Sequence record: SRR31156797_8921
Direction: 5' to 3' (one strand)
DNA: 56,949 nt
The position numbers were made by a program, and so were the translations under genes. Positions within the stretch are counted from its first letter, which is position 1, and every line of letters begins with the position of its first letter. This document shows positions 48,207-56,949 of this stretch, in pieces. The notes beneath the pieces are model-generated. The model searched no databases and had not been told where the DNA came from. It saw only the letters and a list, made by a program, of their open reading frames with translations.

Positions 48207-49043
48207 ATGAATGTCCCGCGCATTCCCCTCGGGGAAGTTATCGAATCGTCAATTGATTTTCTGGTGGAACATTTTTCATTCGCCACCAAAGCCTTCTCCG
48301 CAGTACTTGAAGCCGGGCTGGATGTGGTTGAAGGAGCCATGCGGGCCTGCCCACCATGGATGTTCATCATCATTGTGGCAGCCATCACCCTGCGTCTGAC
48401 CAAAAGTAAACGGACAACAATATTTTCCATCGCCGGCCTGCTATTAATTTGGAATATGGGCTTATGGAAGGCCACAGTCAGCACCATCGCACTGGTTATT
48501 GTTTCCACTCTGCTGGCACTGATGTTCGGTATCCCCATCGGCATCCTGGCGGCCATGAACAAACATGTGAATAAAGTTGTCATGCCTGTACTGGACGTCA
48601 TGCAGACCATGCCTGCTTTTGTTTACCTGATCCCGGCCATCCCATTTTTCGGGCTGGGTAAGGTAGCAGCGATATTCTCAACAATCATCTTTGCCATGCC
48701 GCCGTCCATCAGGCTGACCTGCCTTGGAATCAAGCAGGTCCCTGAAGAATTGGTGGAGTGTGCCGAGGCTTTCGGCTCGAACCGCTGGCAGAGACTTTTT
48801 AAACTCGAACTTCCCATTGCCACTCCGACCATTATGGCCGGGGTAAACCAGACGGTCATGCTGGCTCTCTCCATGGTGGTCATCGCCGCCATGATCGGAG
48901 CCAAGGGGCTTGGCGGTGAAGTCTGGAAAGCGATCCAGCGATTGCAGATGGGCAAAGGCTTCGAGGCAGGTATCGGAATCGTGATCGTGGCCATGATTAT
49001 GGACCGCGTGCTTCAGAACATTGGGTCCGGCAAAAAGAAATAG
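48207..49043 (+). CDS. proW: Glycine betaine ABC transporter permease (ProW/OpuAB)
   Basis: LDVMQTMPAFVYLIP and GVNQTVMLALSMVVIA motifs; GGAGG SD before ATG48207. Confidence 0.93.
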   Translation: MNVPRIPLGEVIESSIDFLVEHFSFATKAFSAVLEAGLDVVEGAMRACPPWMFIIIVAAITLRLTKSKRTTIFSIAGLLLIWNMGLWKATVSTIALVIVSTLLALMFGIPIGILAAMNKHVNKVVMPVLDVMQTMPAFVYLIPAIPFFGLGKVAAIFSTIIFAMPPSIRLTCLGIKQVPEELVECAEAFGSNRWQRLFKLELPIATPTIMAGVNQTVMLALSMVVIAAMIGAKGLGGEVWKAIQRLQMGKGFEAGIGIVIVAMIMDRVLQNIGSGKKK

Positions 49044-49073
49044 CCGGAGCCGAAACTTAATCGGGAGACTACA

Positions 49074-49928
49074 ATGAAAAAGGTGCTTACTTTAGTTCTT
49101 GCGGCCCTGCTTGTTGCGGCTTTTGCCGTACCCTCTTTTGCAGGCAACAAAAAGAAAGTAAAATTGGCTTACGTTGAATGGGATTGTGCTACAGCGACCA
49201 CCAACGTGCTTAAAGCTGTTATTGAAGAACGTTTGGGCTACGAATGCGAAATTATCCCCGTTGCCGCTGCAGCTATGTGGCAGGCAGTCGGAACCGGTGA
49301 TGTGGATGGTCTGGCTACTGCATGGCTGCCCGTTACCCACGCTGATTACCTGAAGCGTGTTCAGAACAAAGTTGTTGATCTCGGCCCGGTTGTTTCCGGT
49401 GCCAAAATCGGCTGGGCTGTTCCTTCTTACGTAACCGTGGATTCAATCGCCGATCTTAACAAGTACGCTGACAAGTTTGACGACAAAATCATCGGTATCG
49501 ATCCTGGTGCTGGTCTTATGCGTCTTTCCGAAGATGCCATTGAAAAGTATAGTCTCGATAAATTCGAACTCATGGAAGGCTCCGGCGCAACCATGACTGC
49601 CGCTCTGAGCGACGCCATTAAAAACAATAAATGGATCGTCGTCACCGCATGGTCCCCTCACTGGATGTTTGGCCGCTGGGACCTCAAATACCTTGAAGAC
49701 CCCAAAAAGGTTCTCGGCGAATCCGAAACCATTAACACCATCGTCCGCAAAGGCCTCGATAAAGATATGCCTGAAGTTTACGCTTTCCTCGACAAATTCG
49801 AATGGAAAGACGCAAACCAGCTCCAGATGGTAATGGCTTGGAATCAGGAAAAGGGCACAGATCCTTATGACAACGCCAAGCGTTTTATCAAAGAAAACAA
49901 AACTCAGGTTGATTCCTGGCTGAAATAA
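49074..49928 (+). CDS. proX: Glycine betaine ABC transporter substrate-binding protein (ProX/OpuAC)
   Basis: Signal peptide; Trp-rich motifs EWD, AWLP.TH and WSPHW; GIDPGAG. Confidence 0.92.
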   Translation: MKKVLTLVLAALLVAAFAVPSFAGNKKKVKLAYVEWDCATATTNVLKAVIEERLGYECEIIPVAAAAMWQAVGTGDVDGLATAWLPVTHADYLKRVQNKVVDLGPVVSGAKIGWAVPSYVTVDSIADLNKYADKFDDKIIGIDPGAGLMRLSEDAIEKYSLDKFELMEGSGATMTAALSDAIKNNKWIVVTAWSPHWMFGRWDLKYLEDPKKVLGESETINTIVRKGLDKDMPEVYAFLDKFEWKDANQLQMVMAWNQEKGTDPYDNAKRFIKENKTQVDSWLK

Positions 49929-49952
49929 TCAGCACAGCTCATACTGATACAC

Positions 49953-49993
49953 ACAAAGCCTCCCGGAAAACTTCCGGGAGGCTTTGTTATTTT
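49953..49993 (+). terminator. Intrinsic terminator
   Basis: ACAAAGCCTCCCGGAA-aac-TTCCGGGAGGCTTTGT followed by a T-rich tail. Confidence 0.88.
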
Positions 49994-50073
49994 CTACACA
50001 GAGAGCTTTCCCTCAAACACCTTTTAATATATTATAAGCTTAAGTAATTCAAAGAAATCCAAGGCGGTTGACT

Positions 50074-51129
50074 ATGACTGAACAAATCCCCATCCCCGAA
50101 GAAATCATGCAGAGGGCTACTGCACTGATGGAAGACCGCTTTGTCCACACCGACCGTGAACAGCCGGTACTTACAACTCTTTTTGAGCTTGGCGTGGATC
50201 ACGTGGCCCAGGACCTCATGGAAAATCCCGGATTATATAAAGAGCTGCCAGAACTACCCATGCCCAAGAACAAGTTTGATCCGGTGGACCCCATCTCACT
50301 GATGCGCACTGAGGTCAAACTCCCTTCCCTGCCGCAGGTTTTCATCGAAATGCGTCAGGTTATCAATGATCCATCAAGCTCGGCATCCGATCTGGCAAAG
50401 GTAATTTCCCGGGACACGGCCCTATCGGCCTTTTTGCTACGCATGGTCAACAGCGCATTTTACAGTTTCCCTGCACAAATTGATACCATTTCAAGGGCCG
50501 TAGCAGTAGTTGGGACCAACCAGTTATCCACACTTGCCATGGGCACTTCAGTCATGGATATGTTCAAGGGACTACCTGCAGACATAATCGACCTTGAACT
50601 TTTCTGGAGGCACAGCTTCGCCTGCGGAATTATTGCCAGCCAACTATCCAAAACTTTTAAGCAGGGCAGCCCGGAGAAGTGCTTCGTAGCCGGACTTCTG
50701 CACGATATCGGCCGCCCGGTAATGATGATGACCCTGCCGGACCGGGCCGTCGCAGCAACCGCTATCTCCCGCAATAAAAAAGCCCTCATGTTCAAGGCTG
50801 AACGTGTTGTTACCGGGTTTGACCACTCTGAACTTGGCGGCATGCTGTTGCGCAAATGGAACCTACCCTTTTCACTAGTCAACGCAGTGCTCAATCATCA
50901 CAACCCTACCAAAGCTGCCAAATCACCGGAAGCCCTTTACGTCTATTTCGCAAACATCATTGCCAAAACCAGAGGTATTGGCGGAAGCGGGGATTTTTTC
51001 ATCCGCAATGTAAACAACGAAAGATGGGAAAAACACGGGCTGACTCCTGAAAAATTGCGTCAACTTGACGATGAACTGGGCCCGATTCTTGATGATGCTT
51101 TTTCTATTCTGAAAAATATGGCTGCGTAA
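50074..51129 (+). CDS. HDOD domain-containing protein
   Basis: LPSLP, D.ALSA.LLRMVNSAFY, FWRHS, GLLHDIG, GFDH and W.LP..HH motifs. Start is TTG50068 or ATG50074. Confidence 0.9.
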   Translation: MTEQIPIPEEIMQRATALMEDRFVHTDREQPVLTTLFELGVDHVAQDLMENPGLYKELPELPMPKNKFDPVDPISLMRTEVKLPSLPQVFIEMRQVINDPSSSASDLAKVISRDTALSAFLLRMVNSAFYSFPAQIDTISRAVAVVGTNQLSTLAMGTSVMDMFKGLPADIIDLELFWRHSFACGIIASQLSKTFKQGSPEKCFVAGLLHDIGRPVMMMTLPDRAVAATAISRNKKALMFKAERVVTGFDHSELGGMLLRKWNLPFSLVNAVLNHHNPTKAAKSPEALYVYFANIIAKTRGIGGSGDFFIRNVNNERWEKHGLTPEKLRQLDDELGPILDDAFSILKNMAA

Positions 51130-51274
51130 TTAAATCCACCTAAAAACAAGAGCACTTAAAGAAACACACACCTGCGAATGTATCATAGCAAGGCAATAAA
51201 AACGAGTGCTCACGGGTTTGACAAGGCTGTTTAAAGAAAGTACTTGAGCGGGCATACCAAAGGGAGGATTTACC

Positions 51275-51499
51275 ATGCACGATAAAGTCGAAGCCGCTCT
51301 TGACAAGGTCAGACCCCTTCTTCAGGCTGACGGCGGTAACGTAGAACTCGTAGAGGTAACAGATAAAGGCATCGCCAAAGTGCGCTTGCAGGGTGCCTGC
51401 AAGGGCTGTCCTATGTCTCAGATCACCTTGAGAAACGCCATTGAGCGTACCTTGCTCAAGGAGATTCCCGAGCTCAAAGGCGTAGAGCCTGCCGAATAA
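51275..51499 (+). CDS. NifU C-terminal (Nfu-type) Fe-S carrier protein
   Basis: VRP.LQADGG.VELV and LQGACKGCP motifs; GGGAGG SD. Confidence 0.93.
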   Translation: MHDKVEAALDKVRPLLQADGGNVELVEVTDKGIAKVRLQGACKGCPMSQITLRNAIERTLLKEIPELKGVEPAE

Positions 51500-51506
51500 A
51501 ATCTTT

Positions 51507-51530
51507 CCGGCCGGAGTTCGCTCCGGTCGG
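51507..51530 (+). other. Stem-loop with UUCG loop downstream of the Nfu gene
   Basis: CCGGCCGGAG-ttcg-CTCCGGTCGG (one G-U pair). Confidence 0.55.
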
Positions 51531-51567
51531 TTGGCAAATCTAATTTTTGAACAATACAGGTTCAATC

Positions 51568-51597
51568 AAAAAACCGCCCCCGATGGCGGATTTTTTT
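51568..51597 (+). terminator. Probable intrinsic terminator
   Basis: AAAAAACCGCC-cccgat-GGCGGATTTTTTT. Confidence 0.65.
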
Positions 51598-51646
51598 AGT
51601 TTTCACTTCCCGCAATCCTTACATCGCCAGAAGGCGAAACCATACT

Positions 51647-51735
51647 AAAAAAGTTTGGGGATTCTTAAACCCTTTCCAAAGGATTTGAGCCGCCGGAGGC
51701 GAAATCAAATAATTACAGGGCGCGTAGCGCATCAT
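51647..51735 (-). repeat. REP-like dispersed repeat, copy B (longer)
   Basis: Minus strand reads ATGATGCGCTACGCGC..TTGATTTCGCCTCCGGCGGCTCAAATCCTTTGGAAAGGGTTTAAGAATCCCCAAACTTTTTT; matches 35119-35173. Confidence 0.85.
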
Positions 51736-51759
51736 AATAAATTTCAGGAGACAACTATC

Positions 51760-53154
51760 ATGGCTAAGACCGTAACCAGATTTGCGCCCAGTCCTACCGG
51801 GCACCTGCACATCGGCGGTGCACGTACCGCACTCTTCGCATGGCTTCTCGCCAAACACGATGGCGGTGAGTTTGTACTGCGCATTGAAGACACTGACCGT
51901 GAACGCTCAAAGCAGGAATACACCGACGCCATTCTTGATTCCATGAAATGGCTGGGCATGGACTGGAACGATGATCCCGTTTATCAGAGCGACCGCTTCG
52001 ACCTCTACAATGGATACATCGACCAGCTTCTGGACGAAGGCAAAGCCTACTGGTGTGACTGTACGCCCGAGCAGGTAGATGCCATGCGCGAAAAAGCCAT
52101 GAAAGAGAAGCGCAAACCCAAATACGATGGTACCTGCCGTGAGAAAAATCTCGGCCCCGGCGAGAACAGGGTTGTGCGTTTCAAGGCTCCCCTCGAAGGC
52201 CGTACAAATTTTACCGACATGATCAAAGGACCTATCAGCGTTGAAAATGCTGAAATGGACGACATGATCCTGCGCCGGAGCGACGGTTCCCCCACCTACA
52301 ACCTTGCAGTTGTAGTGGACGACCATACCATGGGCGTAACCAACGTCCTGCGCGGCGATGACCACGTCAACAACACCCCGCGCCAGATTCTACTTTATCA
52401 AGCTCTGGGCTGGGATGTGCCCAAGTTCGGTCATGTGCCCATGATCCTCGGCTCGGATAAAAAGAAGCTTTCCAAACGTCACGGCGCTCTTTCCGTAATG
52501 GAATATGAAAAAATGGGCTACCTGCCCGAAGCAGTGGTTAACTACCTCGTACGCCTCGGCTGGTCCCACGGCGATCAGGAAATCTTCTCCCGTGAAGAAC
52601 TGATCAAACTTTTCGATACCGACCATCTCGGCAATTCCCCGTCCGTCTTCGACACCAAGAAACTGGATTGGGTAAACAGTGAGTACATCAAAGCCAAGGC
52701 ACCGGCCGAACTCATCCCCGGCATGCGTTCTTTCCTGCCTGAAGGTGCAGAAGCTGAAGACGCATACCTTGAAAAGATCATCCCCCTGCTCCAGCCCCGT
52801 TCCACCAACTATAAAGAAATGGCCGACATGTGCGATTTCTTCCTCGTGGACAGCGCAACACTGGAGTATGACGAAAAAGCCGTAGCCAAAGTATTCAAAC
52901 CCGAAGCTGTGGAAATCCTCAAGGAACTGACTGCACGCGTCGAAGCTGATGCAGAATACAGTCACGATTCTCTTGAAGCGGTCTGCAAAGGCTTTCTTGA
53001 AGAGAAAGAACTAAAATTCAAAGCCATTGGACAGCCTGTACGCCTTGCTCTTTGTGGTCGTACCCAGTCCCCCGGCGGACTCTACGATCTCATGCTCGTG
53101 CTCGGCAAAGATGAAACCGTCGCCCGCATGAACCGCGCTGTTACTTTAGTATAG
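51760..53154 (+). CDS. gltX: Glutamate--tRNA ligase
   Basis: RFAPSPTG.LHIGG, RIEDTD, LRGDDH and KLSKR motifs; AGGAG SD before ATG51760. Confidence 0.97.
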   Translation: MAKTVTRFAPSPTGHLHIGGARTALFAWLLAKHDGGEFVLRIEDTDRERSKQEYTDAILDSMKWLGMDWNDDPVYQSDRFDLYNGYIDQLLDEGKAYWCDCTPEQVDAMREKAMKEKRKPKYDGTCREKNLGPGENRVVRFKAPLEGRTNFTDMIKGPISVENAEMDDMILRRSDGSPTYNLAVVVDDHTMGVTNVLRGDDHVNNTPRQILLYQALGWDVPKFGHVPMILGSDKKKLSKRHGALSVMEYEKMGYLPEAVVNYLVRLGWSHGDQEIFSREELIKLFDTDHLGNSPSVFDTKKLDWVNSEYIKAKAPAELIPGMRSFLPEGAEAEDAYLEKIIPLLQPRSTNYKEMADMCDFFLVDSATLEYDEKAVAKVFKPEAVEILKELTARVEADAEYSHDSLEAVCKGFLEEKELKFKAIGQPVRLALCGRTQSPGGLYDLMLVLGKDETVARMNRAVTLV

Positions 53155-53176
53155 TTGGCAGATCGAATACAAAAGC

Positions 53177-53216
53177 AAAAAAGCTCCTTACATCACAAGA
53201 TGTAAGGAGCTTTTTT
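53177..53216. terminator. Bidirectional intrinsic terminator
   Basis: AAAAAAGCTCCTTACATC-acaa-GATGTAAGGAGCTTTTTT. Confidence 0.92.
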
Positions 53217-53230
53217 AATGACCAGAAAAA

Positions 53231-53989
53231 TCAATTTACTTGATCTGGCGGGAAATATTTATCCACGATTTTCAACCACTCCCCTTCCTTTTTCAACTCA
53301 TCAAAGGCTGTTTGCCATTTTCTAACAACTTCGTCAGGGGTTTCATGTGCAAAGGCTATGTAATTTGATGTAAAAAAAATGGGTGGTCCAACGCGTTCCA
53401 ACTGATCGAAATCCAGTTCAGGATTCCGTTTGAAAAAACATGAAACAACCTTCCGCCCCATGGGCACAAGATCCGCTCTTCCTCTGAGCAGCTTCAAAAA
53501 ATCACACTTCTGGGATGAACTCACGTCAAGGTTGGTATACCCCAAACTGACCAGATTCTGATGAAAGACATCATCGCGGGTTACCGCTATCTTACCTGCT
53601 TTTTTGGCATCCCCAGAATCCTTTAAATCAATTCCACTCCCTTTCTTCCTATAAAAATAAACATCATCCCAAAAAATCGGCCCCACAAATTTAAACATGG
53701 CCGAGCGCTCAGCAGTCATACACATGGGGAATAGGACATCACCCACCCCAGCCTGTAACATCTTATATCCCCGCGCCCACGGATAAAATTTTACCTCAGT
53801 GAATTCCCCACCCAGCTTTTCCTGAATTTTGCGGACCAAATCTATAAAAAGCCCCTGATATTCACCATCCTGCCTGTAACTATATGGCGGATAGTCCTCA
53901 GCCATAAGCTTCAACCCGGAAGCATAAGTATTAACCGAAACAAAAAACAGAAAGGTTGCCAGAGTTAGAATACGAAAAACAGATAACAT
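53231..53989 (-). CDS. Orphan periplasmic substrate-binding protein (family 3)
   Basis: Signal peptide from ATG53989; EDYPPY, G...D, YPWARG, T.ER...F.FVGP and YIAF motifs. Confidence 0.82.
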   Translation of the reverse strand: MLSVFRILTLATFLFFVSVNTYASGLKLMAEDYPPYSYRQDGEYQGLFIDLVRKIQEKLGGEFTEVKFYPWARGYKMLQAGVGDVLFPMCMTAERSAMFKFVGPIFWDDVYFYRKKGSGIDLKDSGDAKKAGKIAVTRDDVFHQNLVSLGYTNLDVSSSQKCDFLKLLRGRADLVPMGRKVVSCFFKRNPELDFDQLERVGPPIFFTSNYIAFAHETPDEVVRKWQTAFDELKKEGEWLKIVDKYFPPDQVN

Positions 53990-54171
53990 TGGGCAACAAT
54001 AGCCATAAATGCAAAACAATGGCAATCACTACAAAACAACAAAGTGGCACAGTTACTCACCGTCCCACACACCATAAGTAAACACCCACACACTACAGCT
54101 CACTATTGCCTTTTACCTATATTTGCTCCTAACATTGCACATAAATCAAACACTACAACCGGAGCAAAAAC

Positions 54172-55839
54172 ATGTCTGCCTTTGAGATTTCCAGCCACCA
54201 TCTCCCGGAGTTCACCTTCAATTCCCGCCGCTCTCCGGCATACGCAACCAAGGGTATGGTCACTTCCAGTCAGCCTCAGGCAACTGAAGCCGGATTGGAA
54301 ATCCTCCGTAAAGGCGGGAATGCTGCGGATGCCTCCATTGCTGTTGCCGCCGCTCTTGCTGTCGTTGAGCCTTGCAGTACCGGTTTAGGAGGCGATGCAT
54401 TTGCTCTCTTTTATTCTGCTGCAGAAAAAAATGTTTTTGCCTTGAACGGTTCCGGTAAATCCGCGCAGGGGATTGCACTTGAAAAAGTAATCAAGATGGG
54501 CATCTCCGGTGAACTGCCTCTACGCCATGCCATGACCGTCAATGTTCCCGGTGCACTGGCACTCTGGACTGATCTGGTGGAGCAACACGGGACTCTGAAA
54601 CTTTCTGACATTCTTGCTCCGGCTATCCGCTACGCCATGCAAGGCTTTCCGGTCAGCCCGGTAACCGCCCAACTCTGGAACGAGGGCGCCGAGGTACTGA
54701 GGACTAGTCCCGGCGGCGAACAATTGCTTTTGAACGGAAAAGCACCCCGATGCGGCGAAATCATGCTTAATCGCAATCTGGGGCTGACCCTTGCCCGCTT
54801 AGCGGACTGTTCTACAGCTGGGGCAAAAGAACTTTTTTACACTAGTGATATTGCAGAAAAGATAGTCAAAATTGTCCGCGACAACGGCGGTTTCCTTTCC
54901 GAAGAAGATATGGCTTCACACTCGAGTCTGTTTCAGGAATCCATCAGCGTAAATTACCGTGGCTATGAAATCCACGAATGTCCGCCCAACGGGCAGGGCT
55001 TAGCGGCCCTGCTGGCCCTGAACACACTTGCAGATATTGATGTAGAGGGACTCGGCACGCCGGATTCCCCGGAACGGTTGCACCACCTCATCGAAGCCAT
55101 GCGGCTGGCCTTTGCTGATGCACGGTTGCATGTGGCTGATCCCCTGCATTATTCAACACCGCTGGATAAGCTCTTATCCCCCTCCTACGGCGCAAAACGG
55201 GCAGCCCAGATTTTCCCTGACCGGGCCAAGCTGGATAATACCAGCGGAGTTCCAATTAATTCATCGGATACCGTATATTTCTGCGTGGTGGACAAGGACG
55301 GTAACGGCTGTTCCATGGTTAATTCCAATTATCTCGGTTTCGGAACCGGGATTGTGCCTGAAGGGCTGGGCTTCTCTCTACAAAACAGGGGACACAACTT
55401 TTCTCTCGACCCAAACCACCCCAACGTGCTTGCCGGCGGCAAACGCAGCTACCACACCATCATTCCCGGTATCTGCCTGCGCAAAGACAAATCTCTACAT
55501 TCCACCTTCGGAGTTATGGGGGGATTCATGCAGCCTCAAGGCCATTTGCAGGTAATCTCAGCTTTGCTTGATGACGGAGTTAATCCACAGGAAGCTCTGA
55601 ACAGGCTGCGTTTCTGCATCGAACCGGGGGAAGCGGGCGGAAAAGTATGTCTAGAGCAAGGCCTGCCTAAAGAGAGCATGGAAAAACTCTCCAGCATGGG
55701 GCACAACCTTAATATACGCGGCGGATATGAGCGCACCCTTTTCGGACGAGGACAAATTATTGTGCGTGATCCGGACAAGGGGACACTATGTGCCGGATGT
55801 GATCCACGCTCTGACGGACACGCCTCGGGACTGTGTTAA
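54172..55839 (+). CDS. ggt: Gamma-glutamyltransferase family (Ntn hydrolase)
   Basis: GGNAADA, GLGGD, PPNGQG, autocleavage site D-T-VYF, LQNRG, HTIIP, GVMGGFMQPQG and DPRSDG motifs. Confidence 0.92.
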   Translation: MSAFEISSHHLPEFTFNSRRSPAYATKGMVTSSQPQATEAGLEILRKGGNAADASIAVAAALAVVEPCSTGLGGDAFALFYSAAEKNVFALNGSGKSAQGIALEKVIKMGISGELPLRHAMTVNVPGALALWTDLVEQHGTLKLSDILAPAIRYAMQGFPVSPVTAQLWNEGAEVLRTSPGGEQLLLNGKAPRCGEIMLNRNLGLTLARLADCSTAGAKELFYTSDIAEKIVKIVRDNGGFLSEEDMASHSSLFQESISVNYRGYEIHECPPNGQGLAALLALNTLADIDVEGLGTPDSPERLHHLIEAMRLAFADARLHVADPLHYSTPLDKLLSPSYGAKRAAQIFPDRAKLDNTSGVPINSSDTVYFCVVDKDGNGCSMVNSNYLGFGTGIVPEGLGFSLQNRGHNFSLDPNHPNVLAGGKRSYHTIIPGICLRKDKSLHSTFGVMGGFMQPQGHLQVISALLDDGVNPQEALNRLRFCIEPGEAGGKVCLEQGLPKESMEKLSSMGHNLNIRGGYERTLFGRGQIIVRDPDKGTLCAGCDPRSDGHASGLC

Positions 55840-56080
55840 ACATCACAAGATAAGCCGGGACAGACTACACAACTCTATTTTTGATCCCACAATCAATCCA
55901 CAGAACACATAAACCAACATGCACAATACTATTTTTTTCACGAATCAAAGACACTAAATCACTGTAAAGCGTAAAAATACTCCATTATGGATTTTTTATT
56001 CATTCTATACTATACCCCTTTCATAATCCATTGATCTACACATTACACACCCCTCTTTAACGACCAACCCCGGAGGAAGA

Positions 56081-56949
56081 ATGTTCAAGAAATTATCATG
56101 CCTCGTGCTAACCTGCATGCTCTGTCTGACCTTTACAGCCGCCCCCTCACAGGCAAGTGACAAGAACCTGATCATCGCTACTGCAACCACCGGAGGAACT
56201 TATTATCCTGTTGGTGTTGCCATTGGAACACTGGTCAGCATCAAACTTGCCAAAGCCGACAAGATCACCGCCACAGCCATCAATTCCGCCGGGTCCGGTG
56301 AAAACGTGCAGATGCTCAAGAATAAGGAAGCGGACCTCGCCATCCTGCAGGCACTCTTCGGCCTCAACGCGTACAAAGGCGAAGGACCTTACAAAGGCAA
56401 AGCCTTCAAAAATTTCCGCTCCATTACCATGCTCTGGGAAAACGTTGAGCATTTCCCTCTGCTCAACAAGTACGTTAAAAAAGGCGACATCTCCGACCTC
56501 AAAAGTCTGGACAAGAAATTTTCCATTGGTAAACGCGGCAGTGGCACCGAAGGTTCCGGTCGCACCCTGCTCAAAATCATGGGCGTAGACGTAAACAAAG
56601 ACCTCGTGCTCGAGTTCCTCGGTTACACTCCATCCGCACAAGCCATGATGGACGGCCGCATTTCCGGGGCCAACATCCCTGCAGGTCCTCCCGCAGCAGC
56701 CATAACCCAGCTCTACGCCCAGCTCGGCGCGGATGACGTAACAGTGCTTGAATTCACCGACGCGCAACTGGCTAAAATCCAGAAGGCCTACCCCATCTGG
56801 AACCGCTATGTAATTCCTGCCGGGACCTATCCTTCCCAGAAAGAAGACATCAAGACCATCGCCCAGCCCAACTTTCTGGCCTGCCGCGCTGATCTGCCTG
56901 ACGAAGTGGTCTACAAGATCACCAAGACCATTTACGAAAACCTGCCCTT
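56081..56949 (+). CDS. TAXI family TRAP transporter solute-binding subunit (runs off the window end)
   Basis: Absent from the ORF track because it has no stop in the window. GGAGG SD before ATG56081; reads MFKKLSCLV..ASDKNLIIATATTGGTYYPVG..SAGSGEN..GSGT and is open to the end. Confidence 0.9.
   Translation, partial: MFKKLSCLVLTCMLCLTFTAAPSQASDKNLIIATATTGGTYYPVGVAIGTLVSIKLAKADKITATAINSAGSGENVQMLKNKEADLAILQALFGLNAYKGEGPYKGKAFKNFRSITMLWENVEHFPLLNKYVKKGDISDLKSLDKKFSIGKRGSGTEGSGRTLLKIMGVDVNKDLVLEFLGYTPSAQAMMDGRISGANIPAGPPAAAITQLYAQLGADDVTVLEFTDAQLAKIQKAYPIWNRYVIPAGTYPSQKEDIKTIAQPNFLACRADLPDEVVYKITKTIYENLP

Noticed and set aside
51655-51759. N-terminal extensions in the ORF track (gltX 51655, also rlmD 10482, rpsA 6331, zraP-2 41722, proW 48162)
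   Set aside because: Downstream ATGs have clear SD sequences and match family N-termini; the extensions run through repeats, promoters or neighbouring genes.
53155-53230. Possible tRNA genes after gltX
   Set aside because: Only a terminator hairpin is present; no cloverleaf or GTTC T-loop.
54045-54060. TGGCAC upstream of ggt as a sigma54 promoter
   Set aside because: The -12 position reads CA rather than GC at the required spacing.
55881-55896. TTGAT-N6-ATCAA as an FNR box
   Set aside because: FNR requires a 4-nt spacer; a 5-bp inverted repeat in AT-rich DNA is expected by chance.
56147-56767. 206-aa minus ORF and 125-aa plus ORF (56211-56588) near the window end
   Set aside because: Both overlap the TAXI gene starting at 56081, which the ORF track missed because it lacks a stop in the window.

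Overview
A core-genome-like 57-kb segment from a sulfate-reducing deltaproteobacterium. Gene content and style suggest Desulfovibrionaceae, possibly Maridesulfovibrio (inference). From left to right: pbpC; a SidJ-related pseudokinase divergent from a double-cubane [8Fe-9S] reductase and its ATP-dependent activator; a 5-domain ribosomal protein S1; TauE, FxsA and RlpA; rlmD followed by a 1306-aa class I adenylate cyclase with helical and pentapeptide repeats, a tandem HD protein, a CBS protein and a convergent HD-GYP protein; a dcw cluster (mraZ to ftsZ, no ddl) followed by a radical SAM gene; a sigma54-linked envelope/metal module (DUF2318 Fe-S protein, MacB/FtsX ABC transporter, two ZraP/Spy paralogues, DUF4405 protein, ZraS/ZraR-like two-component system); a glycine betaine ABC transporter with a long leader; an HDOD protein, NifU-C, gltX, a family 3 solute-binding protein, ggt and a truncated TAXI TRAP binding protein. 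I found no rRNA, tRNA, CRISPR array or transposase. Non-coding signals include REP-like repeat copies, five phased MraZ boxes, phased TGCA arrays and many intrinsic terminators. All family calls come from motif recognition by eye, with no database search.
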